A DNA stretch of 62,090 bases, filler included, from Choristocarpus tenellus KU-1152 (Eukaryota > Protista > Phaeophyceae), in NCBI GenBank assembly GCA_964200185.2. It is 7 parts of 7 records of this genome, joined end to end, with 100 filler letters (N's around TTAATTAATTAA, not from the genome) between each part and the next. Parts side by side here need not be neighbours in the genome. Positions count along the whole stretch, not along the records: positions 11,997 to 28,303 come from CAXNAD020000843.1; positions 28,404 to 39,089 come from CAXNAD020002787.1; 5 more parts are not named here. One strand, written 5' to 3'. Position 1 is the stretch's first letter, and each line of letters opens with the position of its first letter. The notes beneath the pieces are model-generated. The model saw only the letters and a program-made list of their open reading frames with translations, did not search any database and was not told the DNA's origin. Positions 25,701 through 38,127 of this stretch are shown piece by piece. The translations under genes were made by a program, and so were the position numbers.

Positions 25701-28086
25701 CCTGCCACAACTTAACACTGTGTAGGAGCTTCTCTTGAGCAAGAGAGTGCAGCATTGCAGGGTACCTCTTTCTGGTATGGAGAAATGGACTCTGGTTTGA
25801 CAGACCCTGCCCTCTCTGGGGGAGTGGGAGCTTGTTCCACCAATGATTTTAGAGAGTGGCGCTTTGAAGGCATCATGCTGCACTATGCCAACCTGACGGA
25901 CATGGTGCAAGGAACAGTTGGTCCAGAGGGGGGCATGGTCGCCCAGCAACCAAAGGTAGATGATCTCTGCAAGAATGACATGGTGCAGCACTCATCCTAT
26001 ATCCCTACATTTCCTCAACCCTACTGTAGTTGTGTCAAGCATACAGACAATGTGCCACCTCCAGATACATCAAGGCGTAATTTGTTGACCTGATGCTGGC
26101 CCAGACCTTCCACTGGATCTGCTTCACGTTTTCGAGTCAACGGTCATGTCATTGTTATGGTAGTAGTTATCGCACAATGTGTTGTTACCTTCAAAAAAGG
26201 TCTGGCCATCAGCACATTGTTTCAACATCGTTCTCCATTCTTAATATGGGCGTCTGCCACATGACACATTTTGTCCATAGTCTGACTCCATCTGACGCTC
26301 CTCTGTCGGTCCAATATCAGACTCTGCACGGCAACATCACTGGCAATGGAAATGGTTTCGTGATGTGGATGGGTATGAGTGATGCCAATTTCAGTCTTGG
26401 CATGTCAGCCGTTGCCACAAGTGACTACCCCGACGGACCTTTTTTCCTGAGAAGAACACTGTACCCTGATGGGAATGAGACTCGTGATCAGACAGTCTTT
26501 GTAGGTGGGAAGTGATGGGGAGGCGACCTGGAGTATTTATTCAAACTGGCTTGCTCAGGAGGAACATGCTACATACTTATATCCAGCTTCAAACATGCTT
26601 TCTAGTGTGTGCTCACTTCAGAAATATTCTTCTATGCCATGTAGAATTTTATGCTGTACTCCATACAGGTGGCGTTGTACTATGTAGCAGGAGACTTGAT
26701 ATTAATCAAAATATATATTTTTTGGTAATCTTCTCTCAAATAAGTCATGCTTTCCATATCCTTCGCATGTAATCTTATTTTTTCTTCCTTGATCGGTTAC
26801 TTGTACAACCTATCAACAATGTGCCGTAAGATATTTCAATGTTTGGGTATTGTCCAATGGATATGGTAGAAACAACTGCTGATGGAAGAATTTATTTTCC
26901 AAGGGAAATGGGTAAGGTAAGCTCATGCTCTATCAGTGTGTGTTGAGTACATTTAAAAAAAAAACTGGAGATGATGTGTCAACCGCACAAGTAATACCTA
27001 CTATGCCATACTAGGTACTAGGCAAGCATATTCCAGACTTGAAAGTTCAGCTTAATTATGCTATACATATCATGTTCTGATGTTGTATAGGAAGACCTTT
27101 GTTACATAATATTAAAGCTCTGATATAGTGTTCACTGTGTCCTCTTGTATGTAACTTCTTTCTACCCAAAAAAATATCTGCTAAATGCGGCAAGTCAATA
27201 GAACATATGAGTGATTATATCTATTTTTTCTTTGCCTAGGCCCCGAGAGTTTAACAAAATTGTGTGCAGCTAGCATTGGCTCAAAGTATCTGGGGGGGGG
27301 GGGATCTACACCAGAGTGTCCATTTGGGCCTTGACAAGGAGAAGTGGGGTTACATTATCCATCCGACACATGCAACCAAATCACCCAAAAATCACGACAT
27401 GAACAAATGGGCCCCAAATGGACAGCCACCACCCACCCCCAAACACTTTGAGCCATTTTGTTGGTCATATAAAAAATTAGCACATATAATTCGGATACTC
27501 TTGGAAAATACTCCACATATGACTACTTGCGAACAAAAACTAAACTTCCTCTATAATATTTTGTTCTGATTGAGTAACCAATCAACTACGGAGTACAGGT
27601 ATTGCTTGCACTGCATATATGTAAGTGTTACTATTCACATTGGAGTACTGGTTAATTGTCATTACTTGGGGTGTTGTAATCATAGGCAAGGATCGTTGCA
27701 TATGGCCTGCAGCTGCAGCATCAATTCAGTCATGCCTTCTTGCTATTACCATGCATGTTAGTAGTTCCTCTATATCTGGAGAGCTTTGAGCATATCATGT
27801 GTATGACCCTCCCTCGTCCAGAAACAAACTCACCAATTCTACCGCCCTCTCACTAACACTGCTTGGTCTTTGCATTGGCGGAGATGTGTGCAACAGGCTC
27901 AGACAACAGAGGATACCTAGCCCGGACATACTACAGTGAAGTAGAGTATGTTATGCCTAAGGCGGTGATGGAACCCGTGTGGAATTCAGTCCACCTTGAA
28001 GATGGCAGTGTTAACTACGGTCTCAACTACCACCGAGCATTCTACAACAAGGAATATGATGACTACCACGATATATACCTTCAGAG
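16753..28086 (+). CDS. Giant modular probable extracellular protein: Gly-rich domain with two inserted EVQ/GGTF repeats, ConA/LamG-like region, GH43_24-like beta-propeller (3' end lost at gap)
   Basis: 13 phase-consistent exons: 16753-17109, 17354-18350, 18822-19314, 19670-19820, 20899-21054, 21363-21548, 21950-22114, 22923-23115, 23288-23433, 24200-24346, 25761-25955, 26321-26504, 27897-28086. Motifs include NEVQQV..LGGCFHL..TTPCIPYD, LGGTFLLGF..TAGIGVDA..EVQNSLLAL, GGAGGGAI/GGGSGGAV/GGGGGRV, WYKVDIMLSW..AWYDEIYIG and FWYGE..GVGACSTNDFREWRFEG..QQPKV..FVMWM..VATSDYPDGPF..TRDQTVF. Confidence 0.85.
20518..20784. mobile_element. MITE family A copy with TTAGGG-modified TIRs
   Basis: Left end AAGTGAAAGTATCTTAGGGTTAGGGTA, right end TACCCTAACCCTAAGATACTTCGACTC; the interior matches family A. 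Confidence 0.9.
25172..25440. mobile_element. MITE family A copy (diverged)
   Basis: GAGTCAAATCATTTAAGGGGG ... CCATCTTAAATGCTTTGGATC; flanked by GTT/GTT. Confidence 0.8.
27278..27454. mobile_element. MITE family B copy
   Basis: GGCTCAAAGTATCTGGGGG ... CCCCCAAACACTTTGAGCC; flanked by ATT/ATT. Confidence 0.9.
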
Positions 28087-28221
28087 GTGATGAATTAGAC
28101 AGAGGCCGGTGGATTGGTTGAGTCTTGAGGGTTGGAGAAAAGTAAAAGATACCCTGATAGGGGTGTTGACAATACAAGTGACTGATCCCTAGTCCTCTAG
28201 ACTACTAACCACAAAGCAGCT

Positions 28222-28303
28222 GAGTGAAAGTATCTTAGAGGGTATGACCCAAAGTATCTTAGAGGGTAGAGCCACGTCCATTTGGGGGTCAAAATCCAAT
28301 GAT
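28222..28303. mobile_element. Two nested MITE family A termini at contig end
   Basis: TIR at 28222 is followed at 28246 by the opposite-end TIR and interior of a second copy. Confidence 0.85.
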
Positions 28304-28589
28304 NNNNNNNNNNNNNNNNNNNNNNNNNNNNNNNNNNNNNNNNNNNNTTAATTAATTAANNNNNNNNNNNNNNNNNNNNNNNNNNNNNNNNNNNNNNNNN
28401 NNNCATGTATACCCTTACGTGCTTGGGGTGCGGTTGGTGCTGCTTCGATGTGACGTGTGTCAGCTACATCACGGCCTCTCGGGCACTCAACTTATCTGTA
28501 AAGGTGTTTGTTCCGTCAACAACCTGTGCGGGTTTGTCGCCCTTGTGCTCCACCTCTTGACCGCGGTCCCAACCTTCTCAGAGCCATCT

Positions 28590-28935
28590 CGTAGGCACAT
28601 CTGTTACAGGCGATATGTCTTGATGGCGGTTTCATAAACACCATTACGACCTTGAAGTACTAGATTTGATATACTTGTACTTCTTGATTATTTAATTAGC
28701 ATCAATAGTTATTATCTTGCCCCCAATTGGTACATCGTTGCCAGATCCTTTTATATGATGATATTGATGATACTTATGAAGGGAACAACCCAAGTGAGAG
28801 ATCCAGCATACTTGACGACTTGTGCATCAGGAGCCCTATAGTTGAATCAGCGTCATCTATAGGCTTGTGGACTGGTAAGCTTCTGGACCGTGCTGTAACA
28901 TGGAGGTCCTACCGAGACTTCCGTGTTGTAACCAC
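28590..28935 (+). repeat. Dispersed repeat family C copy
   Basis: Aligns by eye, inverted, to 29225-29805. Partial matches at about 36165-36250, 48078-48150, 48940-49060 and 50180-50285 (shared GTGCTGTAACATGGAGGTCCTAC.GAGACTTCCGT and AAGGTC.TAATGGTG motifs). Confidence 0.8.
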
Positions 28936-29224
28936 ATCCACCAGTGCTTCACCTGTCCATGTCGCTTCTTCATTCCTTCAAAAATAGGCTCTCCAGAGTA
29001 TCAAAGGACGACAATCTAAGAGGTCTGCTGGCAGGTAGATGAGGGTGCAGGTGTGCTCTCACTACTTACTACTACTGCCTGCAGAATGTCGCGTTTTCCC
29101 ATCGGTCTCTTGTTTTTCTGGGCTTTGCACTCTCGTTTTTTTGTTGTTGGTGACACGTCATGAACGGTGTTTGGATGATGTACGGTCCAGGATGTGAGAC
29201 CCTGAGGAGTATACCTCTCCCTGT

Positions 29225-29805
29225 AGTGTTACAGCACGCTCCAAAGCTTATCTCCACGGGATGTTATAGCTGCAGTCGACAAGCCTGCAGATGGCGCTGA
29301 TGCACGTACAGGACTCCTGGTGCACAACTCGTCAAGTATGGCGGATCTCTCGCTTGGATGATTCCCTTCATGAGTATAAATGTCATTGTATGAAAAGGAA
29401 CTGGTCAAAGATGTCATATCTCAATCGGGGACCATAATGACCAAGAAATAAATAAATAGTCAAGAGAGTGAAAGTATCTTAGAGGGTACGAGTTTTGCCC
29501 TGTTTGTCCATTTGGGGCTTCGCTTTCCATGTTTTTTTTCATGGCATTTTCCTACTCGAAAATATGTTGGAGTATGTAAAATATGTACGTTATGGAAAGG
29601 TGTGTCCGGAACAAGGATATTGACACTTTCTGACAAACAAGATAGCCAAAATTATATCAAAATCGCAACATTGGATTTTGGCCCCCAAATGGACGCGGCC
29701 CTACCCTCCAAGTTACTTTGGCTCAAGAAGTACAAATATATAAAACCTAGGAATTGAAGGTCATAATGGTGTCCATGAAACCACCATCAAGATGTATCGC
29801 CTATG
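29225..29805 (-). repeat. Dispersed repeat family C copy, interrupted by a family A MITE
   Basis: Reverse-complement similarity to 28590-28935 on both sides of the MITE. Confidence 0.8.
29466..29724. mobile_element. MITE family A copy with AAGA target-site duplication
   Basis: GAGTGAAAGTATCTTAGAGGGTA ... TACCCTCCAAGTTACTTTGGCTC; AAGA on both sides; the paralogous empty site has a single AAGA. Confidence 0.93.
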
Positions 29806-30233
29806 AGAGTAGGACCTCAAGTTGGTGGACGTCCTAATGCTGCTGGTGGGATGCTGGTACTAGTTAATTGTGAGGTACTCCGGTGTAACAATATCGAGTA
29901 GAGTCTGGGTCTTGGCTGCCCCTCTTAGCTACACGGTCCGCATTTTCTGTTATTTTTTTCTTCTTTTTTGGTTGTGGTTTTGTAGTACACTATCATTAAT
30001 TGTATATGGATGTGACTGTTTATTATTGTTCCTCTGCGTGGCCTCTTTTGATCACGGGCCCTGAGGGGGAACCCTTGGTCAGGTTAGTTCGAACGAATTA
30101 CACTTTGCATTTTTCAATACAATCCCAATAATTAATTGGATCAAATGGACAAAGGACCAAAATATTTGAATAGTAGGGGAGAGCAAAGGAAAAACGAAAC
30201 CTAAGAGGACGAAGGTCTATTTACCTCGTTCCA

Positions 30234-30315
30234 CGACGACGGCAGGACTCGAACCTGCGCACGGAAACCGCAATTGATTTCTAGTCAATCCCCTTAACCG
30301 CTCGGGCACGTCGTC
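30234..30315 (-). tRNA. tRNA-Ser(AGA)
   Basis: 82-nt cloverleaf: acceptor GACGACG/CGTCGTC+G, anticodon arm ATTGA-CTAGAAA-TCAAT, long variable arm, GTTCGAGTC T-loop; T-run downstream. Confidence 0.96.
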
Positions 30316-31184
30316 CCATTTAACCAACATTTACCGCAAACACCACCCTAGTGATATCACATTCTCCCCTTTCTACCATTCTAACCGGAAAAAAAATGAA
30401 ATCGACCTCCTCCACCAACCATCAACACCTACCAAAAAACCGCCACACTCTATCCCTTTCTTCCGAACCGTTACACTTTCCCCAAACCTACAACCACATT
30501 GCTCTCCTACTCGTCGCTATAGATCTACTACGTATTTCCACCGTATCCTCAAAACCACCACCTTCCCCACCTCCAACTCAAGACCTCTACTATATTCAGC
30601 CACCTACACCCTTACCATCAGACATTACGTTTTTGACTGCCCCCTACCGATTCCTTGTACGTAGATCTCTATCGACTTCACTTTCCACCACAAACAAACG
30701 GATTCAAATTAGGTTCTTCCCTCTCCCTTGGTCGTACCACCACGCCATCCTCCCGCCCAATAGCGCACTTTCAATCCTAAAACAACAGGTAAGCGAATCG
30801 CAGATAATGCATCTCAATCCAATTTGGTGACGATGACCGAACGGATCGTGTAGTTCCCTACAGGTCTCTGCTTGACTCCTCATCCCTCAAACACAACCGC
30901 AAGTTGGAGAAGATTGAGCACTTCCAACAACAGAAAGTAATACCAAATGCGACCCTACCTACCTAGGGACAAAGGAAAAGTGGCTGCACCTTCATGTGGA
31001 AGTGCCCTCGCAGCACCTTGCAAAACAGCTCAAAATACTCTCAGAAAACAGAGAGCACAGAGAACACAGAGAACCCAACCATAACCACAAGAATGCATGC
31101 GCACTCACCACCACTCCAGCCCGACAGGCGTGGCGCTATAATACAGAGTTGAAGCGACCATCGTCGAGGGGGCATCTGTTCTTC

Positions 31185-31439
31185 CTACTGATCGCGCGCT
31201 GGATAGAAGGACACATCCACCCCGGCCGCATACCATCTACCACGACAAGGTAAATGCCAGATCTCCTCCAGCACGCGTTTTAGAGTAGCGGCGGAAAACG
31301 ACATGAACTGTGGAAACCCCTCTTCCCCAAACCTAAGCAATAGGCAATAATTCCCTGTTCTCTATATACTCTTGATCTACAAGGATGACAGCAAATACAA
31401 ACAAACAAACAAGATCAGGCAAGAACAGACACAGGAAAA

Positions 31440-31485
<46 letters not shown>

Positions 31486-32699
31486 GTGCACGGTCTGGTC
31501 AACATCGAGATTTCATTTTTAAAAGTAACATGAGACAATCAAAAATGTATATGCAACATAACTCCAGAGTAGAAATTCCCAAGTACGTCTCAGAAATCAG
31601 TCACAGGCTCAGGCGCCCCCAAGCTGTGGGAGTGTACGGACAATCGTACTGTCCATACCATCCCCCCTCTGCTAGTACATTGCCCATCCACTCGCGTACG
31701 GTGGGATCTCACCTGGAGTAGCACCCACATCGTCAAGGGGTCCAGAACGCAAATTTGTTGTGCTTTTGTCGCCATTGCTATATATTGTCCCGAACCCTGT
31801 CCCCGCCTGCTGCTCCTCAACCTTTGTTTCCCACACACTTCAAACAACAGTCACACAACTATTTCGACTGCTGCTGTCACCCTCACTAAAGTATGGGGTT
31901 TTTCGTGTCAGTCTTTGGAGAACATAGCCCGTATACTCACTTGGTTCGGTGGGATGGTGGGCAATGGCAAACATATATAACAATGTAATTTTGGATCACC
32001 ACACGACTTATCGCTTCGGCTTGAGAAATTCACAGCGGTAACAGTGCGCCAACGCCACTAACCCTCCCTCTCCACTGATCCAAGAGGCTTGAAAACAAAA
32101 TCGTCGTGCTTCAGTATACCTTTCTGAGGTAAGGGTTGCAGCAGAGCGCATGCATCGTCCCAGAGTTAAGCCTCGAATCACAACCCGAATGGTGTTGATA
32201 AGAAGTGGGGAAGCCAAGACACAGACACTACTCTCACCAGTATCCAACAGTGGGGGCAGAACGCCACCGATGCCGCCAGCATTTTTTTGTGTGTGGAAAG
32301 GGGGAATATCTATTTTACAGACACTGTTGTGCACACAAAGCAATGGAATAAGGAATGTTGCACAGGGTGAGAAAGATGGCTTAAATTGCAAAAGGGCCAA
32401 AGCTTGCCTATCTTTCAGCTACTTTCACTCAAGATCGAGAACCTAAGAAAAGAAAACAATGAGAAAAGGTGACGTTCTACAGGCAGTAGTGGGTGTGCGT
32501 GTGCCCTGATGTGCTCGAGCTTCCTTAGCTGCTGCTTCAGCGGTCAGTCTGAATGCCGTGTCAGCCTTCGTAATCTCTGCCATCAACTTGGCCAGAGTTC
32601 CTGCAGTCTTGAAAGACGCAATACCCTCCTTGTCAGAGCCATGGCATCCTAGAGGGGAGGGCATTAGAACCCTTCTTGGCACATATCTTATAAGATCTT
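31185..32699 (-). CDS. Hypothetical protein, 3' exons (32481-32699, 32034-32309, 31713-31837, 31185-31307)
   Basis: Four AG/GT-bounded segments splice in frame to a TAG stop (..LLQ|FMSFSAATLKRVLEEIWHLPCRGRWYAAGVDVSFYPARDQ*). No family recognised; upstream exons not resolved. Confidence 0.55.
31441..31483 (+). repeat. (CA)n microsatellite
   Basis: About 21 CA units. Confidence 0.95.
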
Positions 32700-34059
32700 C
32701 TGTCTGACGCTAAAATATAGGCTACTCGTCTTTTGAATTATTGATGCTATACAGTATTACCAGTTCATGCTGACTGCTGATCCGCACATCACTACTGGTC
32801 GTTACTCACCTCTTACATCATTGATACTTCATCATAGGATCATCAATCACCGTTACAGCTCCATGGGTTTATGGGCAGAATGGAACAGTCGTCATCTATC
32901 AAACATACACAAGCATACTATGTGCCACATGAGGTATCCCAAATCGGTATTGATTCAAGTTTGTTTCTTTGTTTTTTATCTTCACGAAAGAACCACCAGT
33001 TGTGTCTTATATATTGTTTATTATTTTTTCCAGGTTGGACTAGCCCCCGCTTAGATATCGAGCTCACTCTGCACTAAGTGTACCTGACACACAACTGGAT
33101 GGCATACATTCAAAGTCAAAACATCCACAAAACCCTTCTTCGCGAGGTGACAAGGCTCTTCAAACAGAGCAGAGAGCACGAACCTCCTCCTTTGAATGTA
33201 CCAAGGAATACCCAACGTCACTGTACCAAATATCCTCTGACTGCGCGAAGCTTACCACTAAGTTCATCAGCACAAATTCGCCAGTGATTCATTGCACTAT
33301 GACACCCCTCTTCGCCACAACCAATCACATCCAACCTGTCACCGTACAAGAGCACAATTCATTCAGTCCCGAGTTCCAACACCTGACGCCCTCATCCCCA
33401 TGTCCGAATTACAGCAGCGATCCCCAAATCAAGAGGCTGTGGCTGTAGAAGAGAGAGAGACGGATGTATATCCAAGCAAGTGCAAGACCTCCCTCTAGAG
33501 CGCTAGGAGCACACATGCCAGAATGCAGTCAAAGGTGTCCCTTATGTGCAAATTACCTTGGGAGGTAATGCTATTTCCCAGTAGTGAAGATAACTCTTGA
33601 GAGTGTGAAGCCTCACACGACCCCCTTTGCTGAACGTGAAAAAGAATGGATGGTTGAAATTTAGAAGAGTGACCTTTGTGTGAGGTGTCTTCTCATTGCT
33701 TGTTTATTATTTATTTGTGCTTCACATACATAAGTCCATGGTTATGTCAAAGTAGTTGAATGCAGAATAAAAACCCATACATATTCCCATTCATAATCCA
33801 GATGTACTATCTCATTAGTTACATCTCTCATACACAAAATAAGGTACACCTCACTATTGTCCTACTTTGCACACCTTACACTCGGCGGCGCCCCCCTTAG
33901 GATAATACGACTCTCAGAACATTTGCACACCCCACAGGCACAACTCGAGAGTTGCTCCACTCCCTGCTTCCCTCCTTGTCTGGCCTGACTGCTTTTCTAA
34001 GCTCCCTTGACAACGACAAGGTTCTCACAGATGACCGGATCAGTGTTGAAACTCCTTCA

Positions 34060-34760
34060 CCGCAATGCTTAGTCTGCAGCGAAGAAGGCATTGAAGAATC
34101 GTATGGAGGTAAGGATACACCATCGGAGAAGGCCTTGCGGACGCCCGCCTTCATCCTAACACGGAACTGGCCGGTGGCTGATATATCCTCTTCTCTGGTG
34201 CACTGAACTCAGCAGGCAAAGCCCACACAGGAGAGAGATTGCGACCAACAGAGTCACATGCCTTCTTCAGGTCAATAAAAACACAAGAACAGAGGTACCT
34301 GCTGCTTATTTTCCGTCCGAGCTCCTTCTCAAGGGCGTGCAGGGGTGTGCACATCACGTTCACTGTGGAGCGTTGAGCCTGGAAACCACACTATTCCTCG
34401 TGAAGTATGTTCTCTCCCGATCGGGTAAGCTTCCAGGTGTCGTGCAACTACCTTGAGAAGTGCTTCGCCAGCGTGTGCCACCAATGAGATACCACTGGAG
34501 TTGCCATTGTCCTTTCCATCCTTCTTCTTGTAGATCATCAGGAGATGACCGTGTCTTTTCAATCCCGTTGCACATCCTCCTGGTGCTACACAGCCAACGC
34601 AATCAGGGTGGAATCCCTGCAGGATTGTCTCGCCCCTGTTAAGTCCAAGCGAGGATCTCTGCTGGAAAGGTCATCTGGTCCCATTGTCTTCCCGTCTGCC
34701 ACGGTGCAGGCTGCTCCCCTTACTTCCAACAGTGCTGGTGCATAAAGTTGAGTGCCACGC
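34060..34760 (-). mobile_element. Decayed RTE-like non-LTR retrotransposon reverse transcriptase fragment
   Basis: Frameshifted peptides IYKKKD..GNSSGISLVAHAGEALLKVVA and CVFIDLKKACDSV..W..F.APEK match the LINE RT motifs NYRGISL..AGKVL and FIDL.KAYDSV. Confidence 0.85.
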
Positions 34761-36666
34761 AGGTGGATCGTCGATCTGAGGGTCGGGCACTGTTGGGGTT
34801 TAGGATTGACCTGTGCAATATAGGCTGGTAGTCTATATGGTTTACACCTATTCTGTGACCGTTACTAGACAACAGAAATGTTGACTAAGTGGAATAAGTG
34901 GAATTGACTTGTTTTTTCGTATGTTTAGAGTAATAGGTTCGAATCTCCGATGATTGATTTCTTATTACTTGATATAAATGGATTGACTGAGGATTACTGA
35001 CTGACGTAGTACTAGTTACAAAGGATAAGTGACATAGTACGACCAACGGTAGGACAGATTTTTTGATGTGTCTGCTGACGTGTGCAACAAGAAAATAAGA
35101 GAGAGCACCCCCCACCTCAAGGGATAGTGCTCACTCCACTAATAAATACATCCATACAGCATAATTAAAAGACTCTACTCTATTGGAATAGCTCTCTGTC
35201 TTGCATATGACCGACTTGTCATTAATGAGTGCCTTGAAGTGTCACGCCCACCGTTCCTTGAGGGGTCTATACTCTCACAGCAGTCTGTCAGATACGTTGT
35301 GGATGTTTCGGGAGGCACTCTGTCGTGGCCGCTCGGCGTTTGAACCCTTTCGTCCCGTGGCTGAGCGGTTATGGAGGCTGTTCCCTGCATGAATTTTGTG
35401 GAGATAAGATCCGTTGGGGCCAGGCTGAGGCTCTTCATGGAAACGCACTGCCGAATGTCCAACTTCCACGTGGTGAGTATGCTGGCTTGTAAGCCCGTAC
35501 TATCCTACCATTCGCTTTACCACAAGAACGCCAAACCAAGCACAAGGTGGCCAGGTTTGATTGCAGAGGGATGCCTGGTAGGTCTACCCAAGGTGTTGGG
35601 GAGGAGGCAGAGCAACCAGCAGTGGGATGTCTGAACCTAACGTCAGTGAAGCATTGCACGAACGGAGGCAGTACAATTAGTTGCAGTGCATGGGATATCT
35701 TGCAGGGGAAAAATGAAGAGTGTGGACATCTTGCAGGGTGAAAATGATCCTATTAGCACGATGCGGGATGTGAACTATTCTTGATGTTTGGCTATTCCTT
35801 TTTGTACCAAATTAAGCAATTAATTTCAAGAGAAGACAGTATGAGAATCGGTGTGTAGCGCCTCTGAGCACGGGTTGGGAAGTCTGCGGAACTATTGACA
35901 TAGTGCGAGCTACTGAAAAGCATCAATACTTCGTTATATGATGCTGTTACAAAACGTTCCGCAAGTTTGTCATGATGGGATACGTAGCTCCAATCCAGAA
36001 GGCTATTTATTGGCTGAACACGAGGCTTGTAGAGGGTGCCGTAAAGGAAATGTCATAAAATATTCCTTGTCTCTCACTTTGATCATTCACTTCGTGACTT
36101 TCATTGGGGTATATAAATAGGACTGAACAAACGTTTCCGACCTCTATACGGCACCATAATGACTAGGTAATAAATAATGAGCCAATAAATAGAAATATAT
36201 CAAATGTAGGACTTAAAGGTCGTAATGGTGGTCTAATAAATTCCATGAGGACACAACGGCGGCCGTGACAATACTATAATGTAGAAATAGTTTTCAGCTT
36301 GACCCCCGCAACGAATCTGTTCTCCCATCTTCGTGGAGTAGGTGTAAAGAAGATCCGGTATCATAGGAGGCACTCAATAATTGAATGTTATATACTGTGA
36401 TGGATGTATGCTATCAACTGAAAATTGGTGATGTTATCAACTGTATGGTGGTTGCGGATGTCTCTCTGGTCAACCCCAAACCCTCCTTGTACACCACAGA
36501 TGTTGGTTGCACCTTTCGAAGACTCGATGAACTCCTCTCGTGATGGATGGATTGATTGATCAATAGGGTTAGGTAGGCTCTTAGTTGGATGAAAGTGTGT
36601 GTGGGAAAAAGAGAACGATAGGGTAGGGGGAGAAAGGAGACAAAAGAGAGATGAAAAGAGAGATAC

Positions 36667-36738
36667 CTCCCTCGCCGGGAGTCGAACCCGGATCTCCTGA
36701 GTGAGAGTCAGATATCCCAACCGTTGGACTACGAGGGA
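36667..36738 (-). tRNA. tRNA-Glu(CTC)
   Basis: 72-nt cloverleaf: acceptor TCCCTCG/CGAGGGA+G, anticodon arm CTGA-CTCTCAC-TCAG, GTTCGACTC T-loop; T4 runs downstream. Confidence 0.96.
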
Positions 36739-38082
36739 CACAGCACGTACTCTACAACCTTCCCAATCTTCTTGACAAAAAATATTTTCTTACAACCTCC
36801 TACACACCTCTGCTGCCCCACTCAGCCTATCACAGACCCACTTACCACACCTTATCGTCCCTTGGGCTCGGTTGGAACACGTGTCAGACTTGGCCACACT
36901 GTCCTTTCTCTCTCCTCCAGCCTACCGCTACTACCATTGTAGACCTGTAACCCTGCGCACCTCACAACAACCAAGTGCAATCTTCCTCATTCAACCAACC
37001 TTGCTCTACCGTTTCCGTCACCAGCGCAACCAGGTCATCCGTTTGGTGTTCCCGTAGTTAGTTAGTGCGGCTCGTAGATCACTAATGTGATCATAATCTG
37101 CATTTCGATTACTGTCGTCAGATTGATTACAATAGTACTTTCTTCTTGGACCCGTGGTCAGAGTTACTACGACTACCCGCACTTCCCTCCGTATCCATGC
37201 CTTCCTTCTACTGTGCTGCGTACAGCCTTCCCCACCTCTCGCTGATCACCCCCTTGCTCCACTGGATCTGGTGCTTACCCGCCCCCCGGTGATGTCGCTC
37301 TGTAACGAAAGTATGCATAACATTTTCTGCTTGTTGCCTACACTACTACTATCGCTTCTATAACGCACCTCACCTGTTGAAGGGTGTGCCAAAATAACAA
37401 CTAGCTCTGTCTTATATAGGACGTACAAAGAGCGAAAGATGGAGTGGTACCCCATGGAATCGATATATTATACCTCACGCATGCTGTGTGGGATGTGAAA
37501 TTGGAAGAGAGTCAAATAAGCAAGAGGTACCAAGAGTGGCATTTTAAGGATGCTGACAAATACGTGCAAAATTCGGCTGTTTTTTTACAAATGCATATAG
37601 GATGTTTGCTGAATTGGGTCAGAAAACGTTCGAATTATAGAGAAATACATGCTCTCAAGTCAAATTTAGAGATATTGGTGAATTCCAAGAGATCGCAAAA
37701 CAGACCTAAATGCAAGACGGCCAAAACCTGGTTACCTCTCGTTCACTTTGGCTCAAAAGAAAATATATATATTAGTAGAAATTGGGACCATCCTGGAGAT
37801 TTTGAGATATCTGCATATCATGTCAGGGATGTGGTGTTGACTAGTGGTTTGGATGTTGTGCCCAGATTTCCCCAGATTGTGCCAGCAATGCCGAAAATAG
37901 ATTGAATTAATCCACAGACGCTTTTCTCGCATACAATAGCCAACGTTGTATAGGCTGAAGCATTTCCATACACAACCTTTTCTTGAACACATTTTGTTTT
38001 TCGTTTTTGGAGATTCCCCACGCCAAAACTAAGAAAAGTCCCTGTGCCCCCCAAAAACAAAACACAAAGGTTCAGTTTGTTT

Positions 38083-38127
38083 GACCTTGACTTGGCTTGA
38101 CTTGACTCAACTCGACTTGACTTGGAC
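38083..38127 (+). repeat. Imperfect (GACTT)n pentamer repeat
   Basis: About 9 degenerate units. Confidence 0.8.

Noticed and set aside
35150-35660. GC-rich block with several overlapping ORFs
   Set aside because: No recognisable motif or consistent splice pattern; probably an old repeat, but I cannot support a call.
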